A stretch of DNA of 64,000 bases from an uncultured Candidatus Sumerlaeota bacterium (lineage in GTDB: Bacteria; CAYMEV01), in the NCBI GenBank assembly GCA_964389675.1, contig CAYMEV010000006.1, positions 27,217 to 91,216 of the forward strand, read 5' to 3'. Each line of letters begins with the position of its first letter. Position 1 is the stretch's first letter. Of the stretch, positions 48,936 through 59,068 are shown one piece after another. The notes under the pieces were generated by a model, which was given only the letters and a program-made list of their open reading frames with translations, was not told the origin of the DNA and searched no databases. Made by a program: the position numbers and the translations under genes.

Positions 48936-50699
48936 ATGACCGCCTTCTTTCTTATTTACTTAAAAGCTTTGGCCTGGTTTCTGATTGCTTTTGGATTGAT
49001 AAATATATCATCAGGAGATGACGGAACAAAAAGGGAAAAGGGCAGAAAAAGCAAGGCAAATAAGAATCCTGGTTTATCTGCAGAAAATGAAACAGTTGAT
49101 TATAATCCCGAAAAAGGAAATGAACGGGGGAATGGCTTCAGTGTAAAAATAAATGGCCAGGCAACTCAAAAAGCCGGCAGCTGCATTGGAAGATATAGAG
49201 TAATATCAAAGCTGGGCCAGGGAGGGATGGGGGCAATTTACAAGGCCAGATCTCCTAATGGCAGGATTGTTGCAATCAAGATAATCAAGTCTGAAAAAAA
49301 TTTTGATATAGACAGGTTTAACAGGGAGCTGGATATAATCTCCATTCTGGACCACAATTATATTATCAGGATAAGGGATAGGGGCTTTTTTGAAAAAAAA
49401 CCATATATGGTAATGGATTATGCAGATTCCATCAATCTAAGGCAGTATATCTATTCAGCTGAAAAAAAGGCCATAGGGGATATACTGAGTATTATTATAA
49501 TGGTATGCGAAGCATTAAAATATGCCCATTCAAAGGGGGTTATCCACCTGGATATAAAGCCGGAGAACATACTGATCACAAAAAACGGCCTGATAAAGAT
49601 AATTGACTTTGGAATATCAAAGATCACAAGCGGGTTACAGAGCAGAACAGCTACAGACAATATTATGGGGACTCCTTCATATATGAGCCCTGAGCAGAAA
49701 ATGGGTCTTAAGAACATTGACAGCCGTTCAGATATATATAGCGTTGGAGTCCTTCTATATGAGATGATATCAGGGCAGTTTCCTTCAGGGCTATTGAGAC
49801 TGGATCTTATTCCAAAGGATATTCAGCTTATAATAAAAAGAAGTATTGCATATGACCGTGAAGAAAGGTATTCTGACATAGACCTTATGCTTGTAGATCT
49901 CCTGGAATATAAGAATAAAGGCAATATTCAGCTGGATCAGGACAGCCTGAAGGCTATTGACACGATTGAAAGGACACGGGAAGTACTGCTAAAACACCTT
50001 TATCCATCCTCCATGAAGAAATTCAGGGGTTTTGATTATCATGTTCTCTATATGCCGGCTTTTGGAATAGGAGGCAATTATTATGACATTATAGAGATGG
50101 ACAAGAGGTATCTGGGAATACTGGTAGGCAATGTATTTGACAAACCTGACATCTCTTCTGCAATTTATCTGACTATGATACGGGGCTTTTTCAAAGTATT
50201 CTCTGAAATTGACCCGGACCCTGCAATGGTCTTGACCAGTGTCAACAGGTATATATCAAGGGAGAGCTTTGATATGTTTGCAATGTTTTCCTATATTGTC
50301 CTTGACAGGAAGGAAAAAAGGCTCTATTTCTCAAATGCTGGCTACAGGCCTCTGTATTATTACAGCTCAGAGAAGGAAGAATTCAGTGAAATCAGGACAG
50401 ACGGGATTGGGCTTGGTATCCTTCCGGAAAGCAAATACTCAGTTATTGCAATCGCCTATAAGCCCGGAGATATCTTTGCATTGTGCAGTTCAGGCGTAAT
50501 TGAAGCCTGCAATATCGAGAAAATACCCTTCGGCAAGGAAAAATTCCTTGATATTATAAAAAATAACAGGTCGAAAAAATCCATTGATATAGTTCATGAT
50601 ATTAAAAGCAGGCTGCTCAGATACCTGCATGGGGTTGCGCAGAACGACGACATGACTATAGCTCTGATAAAGGTCAGCGGGAATGGCAATGCCATTTAA
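48936..50699 (+). CDS. Hanks-type Ser/Thr protein kinase fused to a C-terminal PP2C/SpoIIE-type phosphatase domain
   Basis: N-terminal TM. Kinase subdomains: GQGGMGAIYKA...VAIK, HLDIKPENILI, DFGISK, GTPSYMSPE. C-terminal region with GGNYYDII...LVGNVFDKPDISSAIYL resembling SpoIIE/RsbU metal-binding motifs. Confidence 0.7.
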   Translation: MTAFFLIYLKALAWFLIAFGLINISSGDDGTKREKGRKSKANKNPGLSAENETVDYNPEKGNERGNGFSVKINGQATQKAGSCIGRYRVISKLGQGGMGAIYKARSPNGRIVAIKIIKSEKNFDIDRFNRELDIISILDHNYIIRIRDRGFFEKKPYMVMDYADSINLRQYIYSAEKKAIGDILSIIIMVCEALKYAHSKGVIHLDIKPENILITKNGLIKIIDFGISKITSGLQSRTATDNIMGTPSYMSPEQKMGLKNIDSRSDIYSVGVLLYEMISGQFPSGLLRLDLIPKDIQLIIKRSIAYDREERYSDIDLMLVDLLEYKNKGNIQLDQDSLKAIDTIERTREVLLKHLYPSSMKKFRGFDYHVLYMPAFGIGGNYYDIIEMDKRYLGILVGNVFDKPDISSAIYLTMIRGFFKVFSEIDPDPAMVLTSVNRYISRESFDMFAMFSYIVLDRKEKRLYFSNAGYRPLYYYSSEKEEFSEIRTDGIGLGILPESKYSVIAIAYKPGDIFALCSSGVIEACNIEKIPFGKEKFLDIIKNNRSKKSIDIVHDIKSRLLRYLHGVAQNDDMTIALIKVSGNGNAI

Positions 50700-52599
50700 G
50701 AACAAAATCGGATACAAGATCGGATTCTGGATGCTTATAATATTCCTTTCTGTATACATAGTTTCAGAATATACCGAATTTTCTATATCAAAAAAAAAGA
50801 TTAAAAAGCTGATCCAGGATAAATTCACTTATATAGAAAATCTGATTGTTTACAGGTCGGATACGCTTCTGAACCTTATTTATCATGAAACAGATATGAT
50901 ACTGTCAATTATTGAAGCCAGCTTCAATGAACCAGCTGCATTAAAGAAGAATTTTAATCTGTATTGCAGCAAAGAACCTGATATCCTTAATTCGACAATT
51001 GTAATAGATAAAGATGCAATGGATTCACACTATAATTTTATGCCCCTGTTTTATACAAAAAGTGATAAACTGGATTACCAGCATTTTAACAGTAATTACT
51101 CTCAAGAAAAATGGTATTTACAGCCTAAAGAAAGTGGAAAAGCATATATATCTGAACCATTTTTCATAAATGATACTTTATGCTTGGTCTATTCAAGGCC
51201 GATAATTATTGAGATTCAAGGAAAGCAAAAATTAACAGGCGTCTTTGCAATTACATACTCTCTCAATGCTCTTAAATCAGATATAAGCAGGGTCTTTGTT
51301 TCAGGCAATGGATTCGTTTTTGTCCTCGATGAAAAGGGTAATTTAATATTCCATAAGGATAAGGAATATATAGGCAAAAATATAGATAATTTCCTTCCGG
51401 AAGAGCTTTCCATGCAGCTGGTCGGTAAACCCGAAGGAAATTTACGAACCCGAAGTTTTCTGGGGTTAAAGGATGCATATATATTCTATAAAAGCATTGA
51501 ATTCAACAGCTGGAAGATTGCAATTGCATTCCCATCAGGGTATGCTCTGGATGAGTATATAAATTATGCTTATTATTCATATATTATTATTATAATTGGA
51601 TTTATAGCTGTTATAGTCTTTATCATTATATTTTCCAGGATACTTTCCAGGCCATTCTATAATCTCTCAGAGGCATCAGCAATGGTTTCTTCAGGGCAAT
51701 TTAACATAGCAATACCTCACATGGACAGGAATGATGAAATAGGTATAATTGCCAATTCATTTGCAAGAATGAAGAAGGATCTTCTCTTATATATAGAAAA
51801 ACTTAAAGAGGAGACAAAAAGGAATGAAAGGATTGCCAAAGAACTGGAGATAGCTTCTGAGATACAAAAGCAGACATTGCCCAAAGAAAGGTCCATAGTT
51901 TCCAAAAAGAATGAATTTGAAATATATGCAAATCTGACGCCTGCCAAGGAAATATCAGGAGATTTCTATGATTTTTTCTTGATGGATGATAAGCATTTGT
52001 TCTTCGCAGTTGCTGATATTTCAGGAAAGGGAATTCCTGCATCACTTTATGCAATGGTGGCAAAATATATAATTAAGATGCTTGCAAAAAATAAATACAG
52101 TATTGAAAAAATAGCCTTTACAGCAAATAATGAATTCTGCCAGGATAATGAATATAATATATTTATTACAATGCTGTTCGGATCCCTTGATTTAGGGACT
52201 GGAACCCTTACATACTGCAATGCAGGGCATAATCCCCCATTTGTATTAAAACAGGACAGTCGTCTGATAGAGCTTGACTCCCAGATAAATCCAGCTCTTG
52301 GAATTCTGGAAAATATTGAATATAAAACAAGTATTTATGAACTGGATAATGGAGACCTGTTTTTCTCATATACTGACGGGCTTACTGACTCAAATGATAC
52401 TGACAGCAATTTGTACGGTGAAAAAAGGCTAAAAAATGCACTCAAAAAAAATTATGGCATGAATCCCGAAAATTTTATATCCTCAATACTAAATGAATTA
52501 ACAATATATTCAGCAGGGACAGAACCCTTTGATGATATTACACTTCTGGCAATCAGGTATAATGGAGTGAAAAATGGAAATAAGCATAAAAAAGGATAA
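50683..52599 (+). CDS. Cache-HAMP-PP2C (SpoIIE/RsbU-like) membrane sensor phosphatase
   Basis: N-terminal TM, periplasmic Cache-like domain and a second TM (IIIIIGFIAVIVFIIIF). HAMP (LSEASAMVSSGQFNIAIPHMDRNDEIGIIANSFARMKKDL). PP2C motifs (ISGDFYDFF, FAVADISGKGIPASLY, TDGLTD). Confidence 0.75.
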   Translation: MAMPFKNKIGYKIGFWMLIIFLSVYIVSEYTEFSISKKKIKKLIQDKFTYIENLIVYRSDTLLNLIYHETDMILSIIEASFNEPAALKKNFNLYCSKEPDILNSTIVIDKDAMDSHYNFMPLFYTKSDKLDYQHFNSNYSQEKWYLQPKESGKAYISEPFFINDTLCLVYSRPIIIEIQGKQKLTGVFAITYSLNALKSDISRVFVSGNGFVFVLDEKGNLIFHKDKEYIGKNIDNFLPEELSMQLVGKPEGNLRTRSFLGLKDAYIFYKSIEFNSWKIAIAFPSGYALDEYINYAYYSYIIIIIGFIAVIVFIIIFSRILSRPFYNLSEASAMVSSGQFNIAIPHMDRNDEIGIIANSFARMKKDLLLYIEKLKEETKRNERIAKELEIASEIQKQTLPKERSIVSKKNEFEIYANLTPAKEISGDFYDFFLMDDKHLFFAVADISGKGIPASLYAMVAKYIIKMLAKNKYSIEKIAFTANNEFCQDNEYNIFITMLFGSLDLGTGTLTYCNAGHNPPFVLKQDSRLIELDSQINPALGILENIEYKTSIYELDNGDLFFSYTDGLTDSNDTDSNLYGEKRLKNALKKNYGMNPENFISSILNELTIYSAGTEPFDDITLLAIRYNGVKNGNKHKKG

Positions 52600-52918
52600 A
52601 GACCTTAATATAATGAAAGTCTCAGGCAGAATGCACAGCGTTAATGTGCAGGATTTCAGCAGAATAATAATCAGCATGATAGAAAAAGAACCCATGAATA
52701 TTCTGCTGGATTTCTCAGATCTTGATTATATAACCAGTGCAGGGCTTGCTGCTTTGCTTACTGCCCAGAAAGCACTCAGAAAGAAAAATTATCATATTTC
52801 ACTCTGCTCACTGAATATGATAGTAACAAATGTATTTAATATGTCAGGATTTACACCGCTTTTTACTATTTTTCCAAGCAGGGAAGAAGCGGTTAATGTG
52901 CTTTTAGCCTCCCGGTAG
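52574..52918 (+). CDS. STAS-domain anti-sigma-factor antagonist (SpoIIAA/RsbV-like)
   Basis: 114 aa. LDFSDLDYITSAGLAALL with a conserved Ser/Thr phosphoacceptor context. GGAG RBS. Overlaps the phosphatase gene end. Confidence 0.75.
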   Translation: MEISIKKDKDLNIMKVSGRMHSVNVQDFSRIIISMIEKEPMNILLDFSDLDYITSAGLAALLTAQKALRKKNYHISLCSLNMIVTNVFNMSGFTPLFTIFPSREEAVNVLLASR

Positions 52919-52977
52919 GCAGTATTGAAACTTTTTATTCAGTTTATGATGCAATGACCAGCATAAGCGACCTGATG

Positions 52978-54801
52978 CTACCATCCCATTCCTATTGCAA
53001 CAGGAAGTGAAGCTGCATATTCAGAATAACCGATATCATTATAGGCCCTTACCCTGAAATAGTATATATTATTTGAAGTAATTCCCGAATAGCTGAAGGA
53101 TGTTATATTTGACCCGGTTGAGCCTATATTATGATAATCATCATCACCTTTTATTCTCATTTCTATTTCAAAACCGGACTCATTTGTTGAATTATCGTTC
53201 CAGGCTATTCTTACACTATTCGGGCCGGTAACTGTCACACCAACATCAGAGGGGGCATCAGGCGGCCTTCCTGATGTATTTCTGTATTCTGCAACTACAT
53301 GTTTTACCTCCCGCAATGTCCGTGCATTATCTCCATCCTGGGGGTGTCCTGTTGCAGCCCCGTAGTGAAGGATCTCTGGATTGCTGAAATAGGCGACATT
53401 AACATGGTCCACACCATCTGCAAAATACTCTCCGCTTGAATAAGTCATTACTGAGCAATATTTTCCATTATTATCTCCTGTCCACCTCCACCCAGCAGAA
53501 TAGCTGAACAGGCCGGGCCCCGGGCTTTCAAGCTGATCCTTAGGATGGTGAGCCCCCATGTTATGGCCTGTTTCATGGATGTGTGTATAAGAGAAACCTG
53601 CCTGCTGTACCCTGGTTAATGAAAATCCGTATTGTGGCCTGCCTGATGCTGTATTTAGAAGGAATCCAAGTCCTCCTGTATCATCAACATATGCAAATAA
53701 TGAGCAGAGGTCTGCTCCGGAGGTGTCCCTCCATTCATGAATTTCATCCATATAACCGGGTATGAGATACCCGTCATAATATTCACCAAATGGATTAAAC
53801 ACTGCAGATGCAGTGAAACGGTAAAGATCGGCCGCGGAGCTACCGCTTTCTGTATAATCAACCCGGCTGGACCAGACCAGGTTTGCCCTGGCTTTTATCA
53901 TACTGTTCTCAAGGGTTAACTGTGCCTTTTCAATTGCCTGTGAGATTATATTGTCAATACCACCGTTATTGGATGCCCAGCTTGCCGCAGCAGGGGTATA
54001 GACAACCATCATGTCAATGCTTGCATAATCCTCTGGCCCAAGCCCTGCACTCTCAACAAGCCTTTTTATGCTTTCCTGCTGACTGGTCTCAAAATCTGTT
54101 TCAGAAGGGGGCAGCAGGGGGTTGCTTTCTTGAAGATATGCACTGCATTCAGCATCAACCTCCATTAGAATATGAATATTTTCGCCGGGAATATTTGTTA
54201 TTATATAGTATTCATTTCTCTCAGGCATATTTATGGAAGAAAGGCTCATCCCATCGGTTGTTGATATAATACAGTACCCGTATCTGAGATTTTCTATCCT
54301 TGCTCTTATTGCAAGTGTTCCGTTAATATTGGTGTTTATCCTGTCAATACGGGCATAGTATCTGCTGTCATCAAAAAGATTAAGCAGTATCCTGTCACCA
54401 TGGCTTATACCTTTGCCTGTCGTGACTTCATTTGCAATATCCACATATTTGTATCTCTGAATATTATTGCCAGAGCTATATGGAAGTGTTTTTTCTGTCA
54501 GGGATGAAAAATCACTGTCATAGGTTTTGCCTGAATTTACAATCAGCTGAAAGCAATTATCATTACCCCGTTTTCCAAAATTGCTCGCAAGTATTGAGAG
54601 GTCTTCTCCATCGACAGTACTGCTGGCTGTAAGGTCAGCATATATATTAAAATGCCTGTCTCCGGACCTTGAGCCAAAAGCCCTTGCAAGCAGAATAAGG
54701 TCATAGCCATCAACTATCCCGTCATGGTTAATATCACCATTTAAGGCATATAGGCTGAGTTGCATAAAAAAGGCAATAATCAGGCAGAAATACCTTCTCA
54801 T
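52978..54801 (-). CDS. Secreted metzincin zinc metalloprotease with N-terminal dockerin-like module and C-terminal fibronectin type III domain
   Basis: Signal peptide. Dockerin-like Ca-binding repeats (GDINHDGIVDGYD, ASSTVDGED). HETGHNMGAHH (HExxHxxGxxH). FN3-like C-terminus (VRIAWNDNS...YYFRVRAYN). Confidence 0.65.
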   Translation of the reverse strand: MRRYFCLIIAFFMQLSLYALNGDINHDGIVDGYDLILLARAFGSRSGDRHFNIYADLTASSTVDGEDLSILASNFGKRGNDNCFQLIVNSGKTYDSDFSSLTEKTLPYSSGNNIQRYKYVDIANEVTTGKGISHGDRILLNLFDDSRYYARIDRINTNINGTLAIRARIENLRYGYCIISTTDGMSLSSINMPERNEYYIITNIPGENIHILMEVDAECSAYLQESNPLLPPSETDFETSQQESIKRLVESAGLGPEDYASIDMMVVYTPAAASWASNNGGIDNIISQAIEKAQLTLENSMIKARANLVWSSRVDYTESGSSAADLYRFTASAVFNPFGEYYDGYLIPGYMDEIHEWRDTSGADLCSLFAYVDDTGGLGFLLNTASGRPQYGFSLTRVQQAGFSYTHIHETGHNMGAHHPKDQLESPGPGLFSYSAGWRWTGDNNGKYCSVMTYSSGEYFADGVDHVNVAYFSNPEILHYGAATGHPQDGDNARTLREVKHVVAEYRNTSGRPPDAPSDVGVTVTGPNSVRIAWNDNSTNESGFEIEMRIKGDDDYHNIGSTGSNITSFSYSGITSNNIYYFRVRAYNDIGYSEYAASLPVAIGMGW

Positions 54802-54846
54802 ATAAAAGTACCTGTTCTTATCAGGGAATAAAACACTGGACTATTC

Positions 54847-55500
54847 TTAAAACCTGTACTGAACCACAATATTGGCAGAAAAACCACCAATATCTGTTTC
54901 ACCATAGTAATATGATGTAGAACCGGCCTCATCGCCAATCATATCCGGGACAGATGAGTAATTAAGGTCCAGGCCGAGAGAAAAAGGATTATTCTGGAAA
55001 AGCTGAACCCCTGCCATGATCATAATACCAACACCTGTTTTGTCATATGTATTATGATATTCCCCTACGTTACTCTCGGTTGAAAGCGACCAGCTTCCTA
55101 TTGCAGCCCCGACATAAGGTGCATACTCATCATCCAGGACAAATATCCATCTTGCCCCGGCAGTAAATGAAAGTATCTCAAGGTCTTCAGGGTTGGATGT
55201 TTCGGTGATCTGGCCATTATCATCTATCAAAACCCTGTGCCCTGACTTTGTAAACCTGGTAATCCTCAGGTCAAGGTCGAGCCATTCAAGGATACGATAG
55301 TCGAATATAATACCGTACTGGACTCCTGCTGAGCTATAGACAGCTTTATATGAATCGCCTGCATTTATAGGTTCATGCAAGCCGAATAACAGGCCAGCGC
55401 CGAATAAATTCTCTTCTGCTGCAGCATAAGCTGAAAAAAATAGTACAAAAACTGCAAATACAAATAAAATAAATATCTTTTTCATATATAATCCTTTCAT
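54847..55500 (-). CDS. Outer-membrane beta-barrel protein (OmpA-like 8-strand barrel family)
   Basis: Signal peptide. Alternating hydrophobic pattern and C-terminal aromatic residue (...NIVVQYRF). Confidence 0.5.
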   Translation of the reverse strand: MKGLYMKKIFILFVFAVFVLFFSAYAAAEENLFGAGLLFGLHEPINAGDSYKAVYSSAGVQYGIIFDYRILEWLDLDLRITRFTKSGHRVLIDDNGQITETSNPEDLEILSFTAGARWIFVLDDEYAPYVGAAIGSWSLSTESNVGEYHNTYDKTGVGIMIMAGVQLFQNNPFSLGLDLNYSSVPDMIGDEAGSTSYYYGETDIGGFSANIVVQYRF

Positions 55501-55501
55501 A

Positions 55502-56965
55502 TTAATTTGCCCATCCCATCCCGCCTGTCGCGCGGTTCATGGCAGCAAAGGCATCTATCAGCCCATATCCGTATTCTGTATCATAGCCTGTATTACCAAG
55601 ATCCAAAGCAGTTTGGGTAAGCAGGTCATATATGCTTACCGGTTCTCTGACACCTACTGACATTATCATCGCCACAAGCCCGCTTACATGAGGAGCAGCC
55701 ATGGATGTCCCCTGGTAGAAATAAAAGCCAAAATCAGAATATGAGCCGGCCAGTGTCTCCTGAAGTATGCCATCGCCATAGCCGTCACCATTCTGGTCTA
55801 TAGTCAGATCGCCTCCAGGTGCCATAAGGTCTATTCCTTCCCCATAGTTGGAATAATATGATCTGCTATTGTCAAAACGGACAGCACCCACAGCAATTAC
55901 ATTATCATATCCGGCAGGATAAAGAATCCCAGGTGTATAATCGGGTTCATCCGCCTCATTACCTGTTGCAGCAACAAGCACAACACCGGAAGAATAAGCG
56001 CTCTGGACTGCATTATTTAATGTGGAGCTGAAGCCTCCTCCACCAAGGCTCATATTAATCACCTTTGCACCATGCTGTTTTGCATAATCTATAGCCCTGG
56101 CAATATTTACTGTAGTGCCGCTGCCTGTCTCATCAAGCACCTTCAGAGGCATAATTCTGCAGTTAAATGCTATACCCGCTGTACCATATGTATTATTGGT
56201 TGTCTGAGCAATAGTCCCGGTAACGTGAGTGCCATGCCCTGTCTGATCATTTGCATGGGTTGTTTCTTCCACAAAATTGTATGGTGAGACAAATACAGTC
56301 CCTTCCAGGTCCGGGGCTGCACGGTATGGCCCATAATCCTCATATGCTGCACCAGAATCGACAACTCCTATTATTATGCTTGATGAGCCCCCTTTTGATA
56401 TATCCCAGGCCTCTTCTAAATTAATGGAGTCAAAATGCCACTGATATAAATAAAGCACATCATTTGGCCTCCATAAAGCCTTGTAAATATAATTCAGCTC
56501 AGCATATTCCACTTCACTGAATGCTGAAAGAAAACCTATCATATCATCTTCGCTCATTTCAGCAGGGACGCTGACAATGGAAACTCCAATATCTCTGTAT
56601 TCCTTTAATATTTGTGATGAAAAACCATTAAGAAGCTCTAATTTCCTTGTACTTTCAATATTAGCGCAGAAGCGTACAACAACCTGGCCGGGAACAAACG
56701 GGAAATCTGTCCTGGATGCAGCACCTGCTGAATGCCTGCCAAAATTTGAAGCAAGAATGGACAGGTCTTCACCATCCACCTTGCCACTGCTTGCAAGGTC
56801 AGCAATCATATTATAGCCTTTCTGGCCAGACATTAAGCCAAATGAGCGGGCAAGAATAATCAGGTCATAGCCGTCAACAATACCGTCCTGATTAATATCA
56901 CCCCTGAGTGCCAGTACACATTGAGCAAACAAAAGTATCAGCAAAAGCGATAGAATTTTTTTCAT
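55502..56965 (-). CDS. Secreted subtilisin-like (S8) serine protease with N-terminal dockerin-like module
   Basis: Signal peptide. Dockerin-like GDINQDGIVDGYD / SGKVDGED. Triad contexts GVVDSGAAYEDY, HGTHVTGTIA, GTSMAAPHVSGLVAMI. Confidence 0.8.
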   Translation of the reverse strand: MKKILSLLLILLFAQCVLALRGDINQDGIVDGYDLIILARSFGLMSGQKGYNMIADLASSGKVDGEDLSILASNFGRHSAGAASRTDFPFVPGQVVVRFCANIESTRKLELLNGFSSQILKEYRDIGVSIVSVPAEMSEDDMIGFLSAFSEVEYAELNYIYKALWRPNDVLYLYQWHFDSINLEEAWDISKGGSSSIIIGVVDSGAAYEDYGPYRAAPDLEGTVFVSPYNFVEETTHANDQTGHGTHVTGTIAQTTNNTYGTAGIAFNCRIMPLKVLDETGSGTTVNIARAIDYAKQHGAKVINMSLGGGGFSSTLNNAVQSAYSSGVVLVAATGNEADEPDYTPGILYPAGYDNVIAVGAVRFDNSRSYYSNYGEGIDLMAPGGDLTIDQNGDGYGDGILQETLAGSYSDFGFYFYQGTSMAAPHVSGLVAMIMSVGVREPVSIYDLLTQTALDLGNTGYDTEYGYGLIDAFAAMNRATGGMGWAN

Positions 56966-57115
56966 TTCCGACCTCCATAATATGAAGAATAATTAATAAT
57001 TATATATTCTTTTTAAAAAAACAATAAACTTTTTAATAGCTTCCTGATAAAATTATATTTTCATCTTTTCTTTATTTTGTGATATAATCAGCAATACTGA
57101 TTCAGGTTAAATACT

Positions 57116-58402
57116 ATGAGTAATTTTTCTCGCAAAAAAAGATTTCTTTTTTATCTAATAGCTCTATTTTTTATCATTCTAATACTGGAGGCTTTCTCAT
57201 TCTTTCTTTACTATGCCGTCACCAGAAGAGCCTTTTCCTTTTCAAAAGTGAACGCTGAAAAATTAAGCCTTATAAATGAGGAGGAAAATCCTTTAATAAT
57301 GCAAAGAACAAAAAGCATTGAAATAATCCATCCATACACCGGCTATATCTATAATCCTGACTCAAATTCAGATGATATGACTAAATATCACGGGTTTCCA
57401 ATTTCAGATTATGGATTCCTGGATGATAAATCCCCAATATTAAAAAAAAACAGGGACAGGATAATTATAGGAATCACAGGTGGATCAGTTGCCTACTGGT
57501 TTTCTGTTTTAGGCCAGGATTCTTTGAGAAACAGCCTGATGGAGCACCCATTATTTTCTAATAAGGATATAGTTTTTATCAGGCTTGCTCTCGGAGGGTA
57601 TAAACAACCCCAGCAGGTGCTTCTGCTAAGCTACCTCCTTACTCTTGGAGCTGAATTTGATATTATAATAAATATTGACGGTTTTAACGAAGTAGCCCTT
57701 CCGCCTTCAGAAAATCTGCCCAAGAATGTAAATCCTTTTTACCCGAGGAACTGGTATATGCGTGTCAGCGATGTGCTGGAAGGTGAAATGAGATACACTG
57801 TTGAAAGAATACATTCCCTCAGAAAAAGAAGAAGGCTGATAGCCGGAATTTTCAACTCATTCCCGCTAAGATACAGCATATCATTGAACCTGGTATGGAG
57901 CTATATTAACAGGATGAGCACCAGGGAGATCTATGAAAATCAACTGATTTTATCAGAATATACAGCGGAAGAAAGCACATATATGATAACAGGACCGTCT
58001 TTCCAATACACTGATAATAATGACCTATATTCCAGGCTTGCTGAAATATGGTATAATGCCTCAATACAGCTTTACAGAATCTGCAGTAGCAATAACATAG
58101 CATATTTCCACTTTCTCCAGCCAAATCAGTATACAGAAGACAAAACACTCTCCCCTGAAGAGCAAAAGAGCGCTTATGACGAAAACCATCCATACAGAAC
58201 AGGTGTAATTCAGGGATACCCGTTTTTAAGGGATAATGGTAAAAAGCTTCGGGATAATAATATATGCTTTCATGACCTCACTGAGATCTTCAGTGATATA
58301 GAAGATACTATCTATATTGATGCCTGCTGTCACTATAATGAGATTGGAAACCGGATCATTGCGGAAGAAATAGCATCAGCAGTAAAAAATTACGGCAATT
58401 GA
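57116..58402 (+). CDS. Membrane-anchored SGNH/GDSL-hydrolase-like protein (possibly AlgX/AlgJ-like acyl-transfer fold)
   Basis: N-terminal TM. Block-I-like IGITGGSVAYW and block-V-like DACCHYNEIGNRIIAEEI (D-x-x-H). Weak, by eye only. Confidence 0.3.
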   Translation: MSNFSRKKRFLFYLIALFFIILILEAFSFFLYYAVTRRAFSFSKVNAEKLSLINEEENPLIMQRTKSIEIIHPYTGYIYNPDSNSDDMTKYHGFPISDYGFLDDKSPILKKNRDRIIIGITGGSVAYWFSVLGQDSLRNSLMEHPLFSNKDIVFIRLALGGYKQPQQVLLLSYLLTLGAEFDIIINIDGFNEVALPPSENLPKNVNPFYPRNWYMRVSDVLEGEMRYTVERIHSLRKRRRLIAGIFNSFPLRYSISLNLVWSYINRMSTREIYENQLILSEYTAEESTYMITGPSFQYTDNNDLYSRLAEIWYNASIQLYRICSSNNIAYFHFLQPNQYTEDKTLSPEEQKSAYDENHPYRTGVIQGYPFLRDNGKKLRDNNICFHDLTEIFSDIEDTIYIDACCHYNEIGNRIIAEEIASAVKNYGN

Positions 58403-58446
58403 CCGTTATTCATGCCTTGGCTTTTTTTCAGAAAAAGCAAGGGACA

Positions 58447-59040
58447 TTATTCATCAGTTGCATTTATATCAGCAGGAGCAGCATTAGGCAGTCCAAAATC
58501 TTTCATAAAATCTTCGATAATTACAGGATTTGTAATTTCTGGGTTGAAAGCAAAACTCAGCCTCTTTTTAATGAATAAAGCTCTTCTTATATTAAAGCTC
58601 AGAATGCTATACTCCCTGTCAGATTCTATAAAATATGACAATATATCCTTTCTTCTTGAAAGGAGGCGGCTCTGGAGTTTATATGATTTAAATAGGCCCC
58701 TTTTCCTCATCTTGATTTTATAAGGCAAAGGCCTAATAAGCTGAGGGAACCACTTAAATACTATCAGCGGCATTAATGAGGCAATAAAAAATATAAATGC
58801 AGAATACAAGATCACATTGATTAAATCCAAAGCTACATTGAAGCACTGATTTGTAATCAAATAAGCAGACAGAATGATGATGGGCAATATTAAAAGCAAC
58901 CTGAAGAATATACGGGTAAAAAAGAGCTTTTGCTCCTTGAGAGCCTGGAAATGCCTTTTCTGTATCCATTCAAAAGGAACATCAAACTCTATAAGGACCG
59001 GTCCGTAAAACATCTCATGAAACGATTGCGATAATATCAT
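58447..59040 (-). CDS. Hypothetical integral membrane protein
   Basis: 197-aa ORF with 3 to 4 hydrophobic segments and no recognisable motif. Convergent with the SGNH-like gene. Confidence 0.3.
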   Translation of the reverse strand: MILSQSFHEMFYGPVLIEFDVPFEWIQKRHFQALKEQKLFFTRIFFRLLLILPIIILSAYLITNQCFNVALDLINVILYSAFIFFIASLMPLIVFKWFPQLIRPLPYKIKMRKRGLFKSYKLQSRLLSRRKDILSYFIESDREYSILSFNIRRALFIKKRLSFAFNPEITNPVIIEDFMKDFGLPNAAPADINATDE

Positions 59041-59068
59041 TTTTTTTTGTTAAAGCCGCTTGCCTTTC

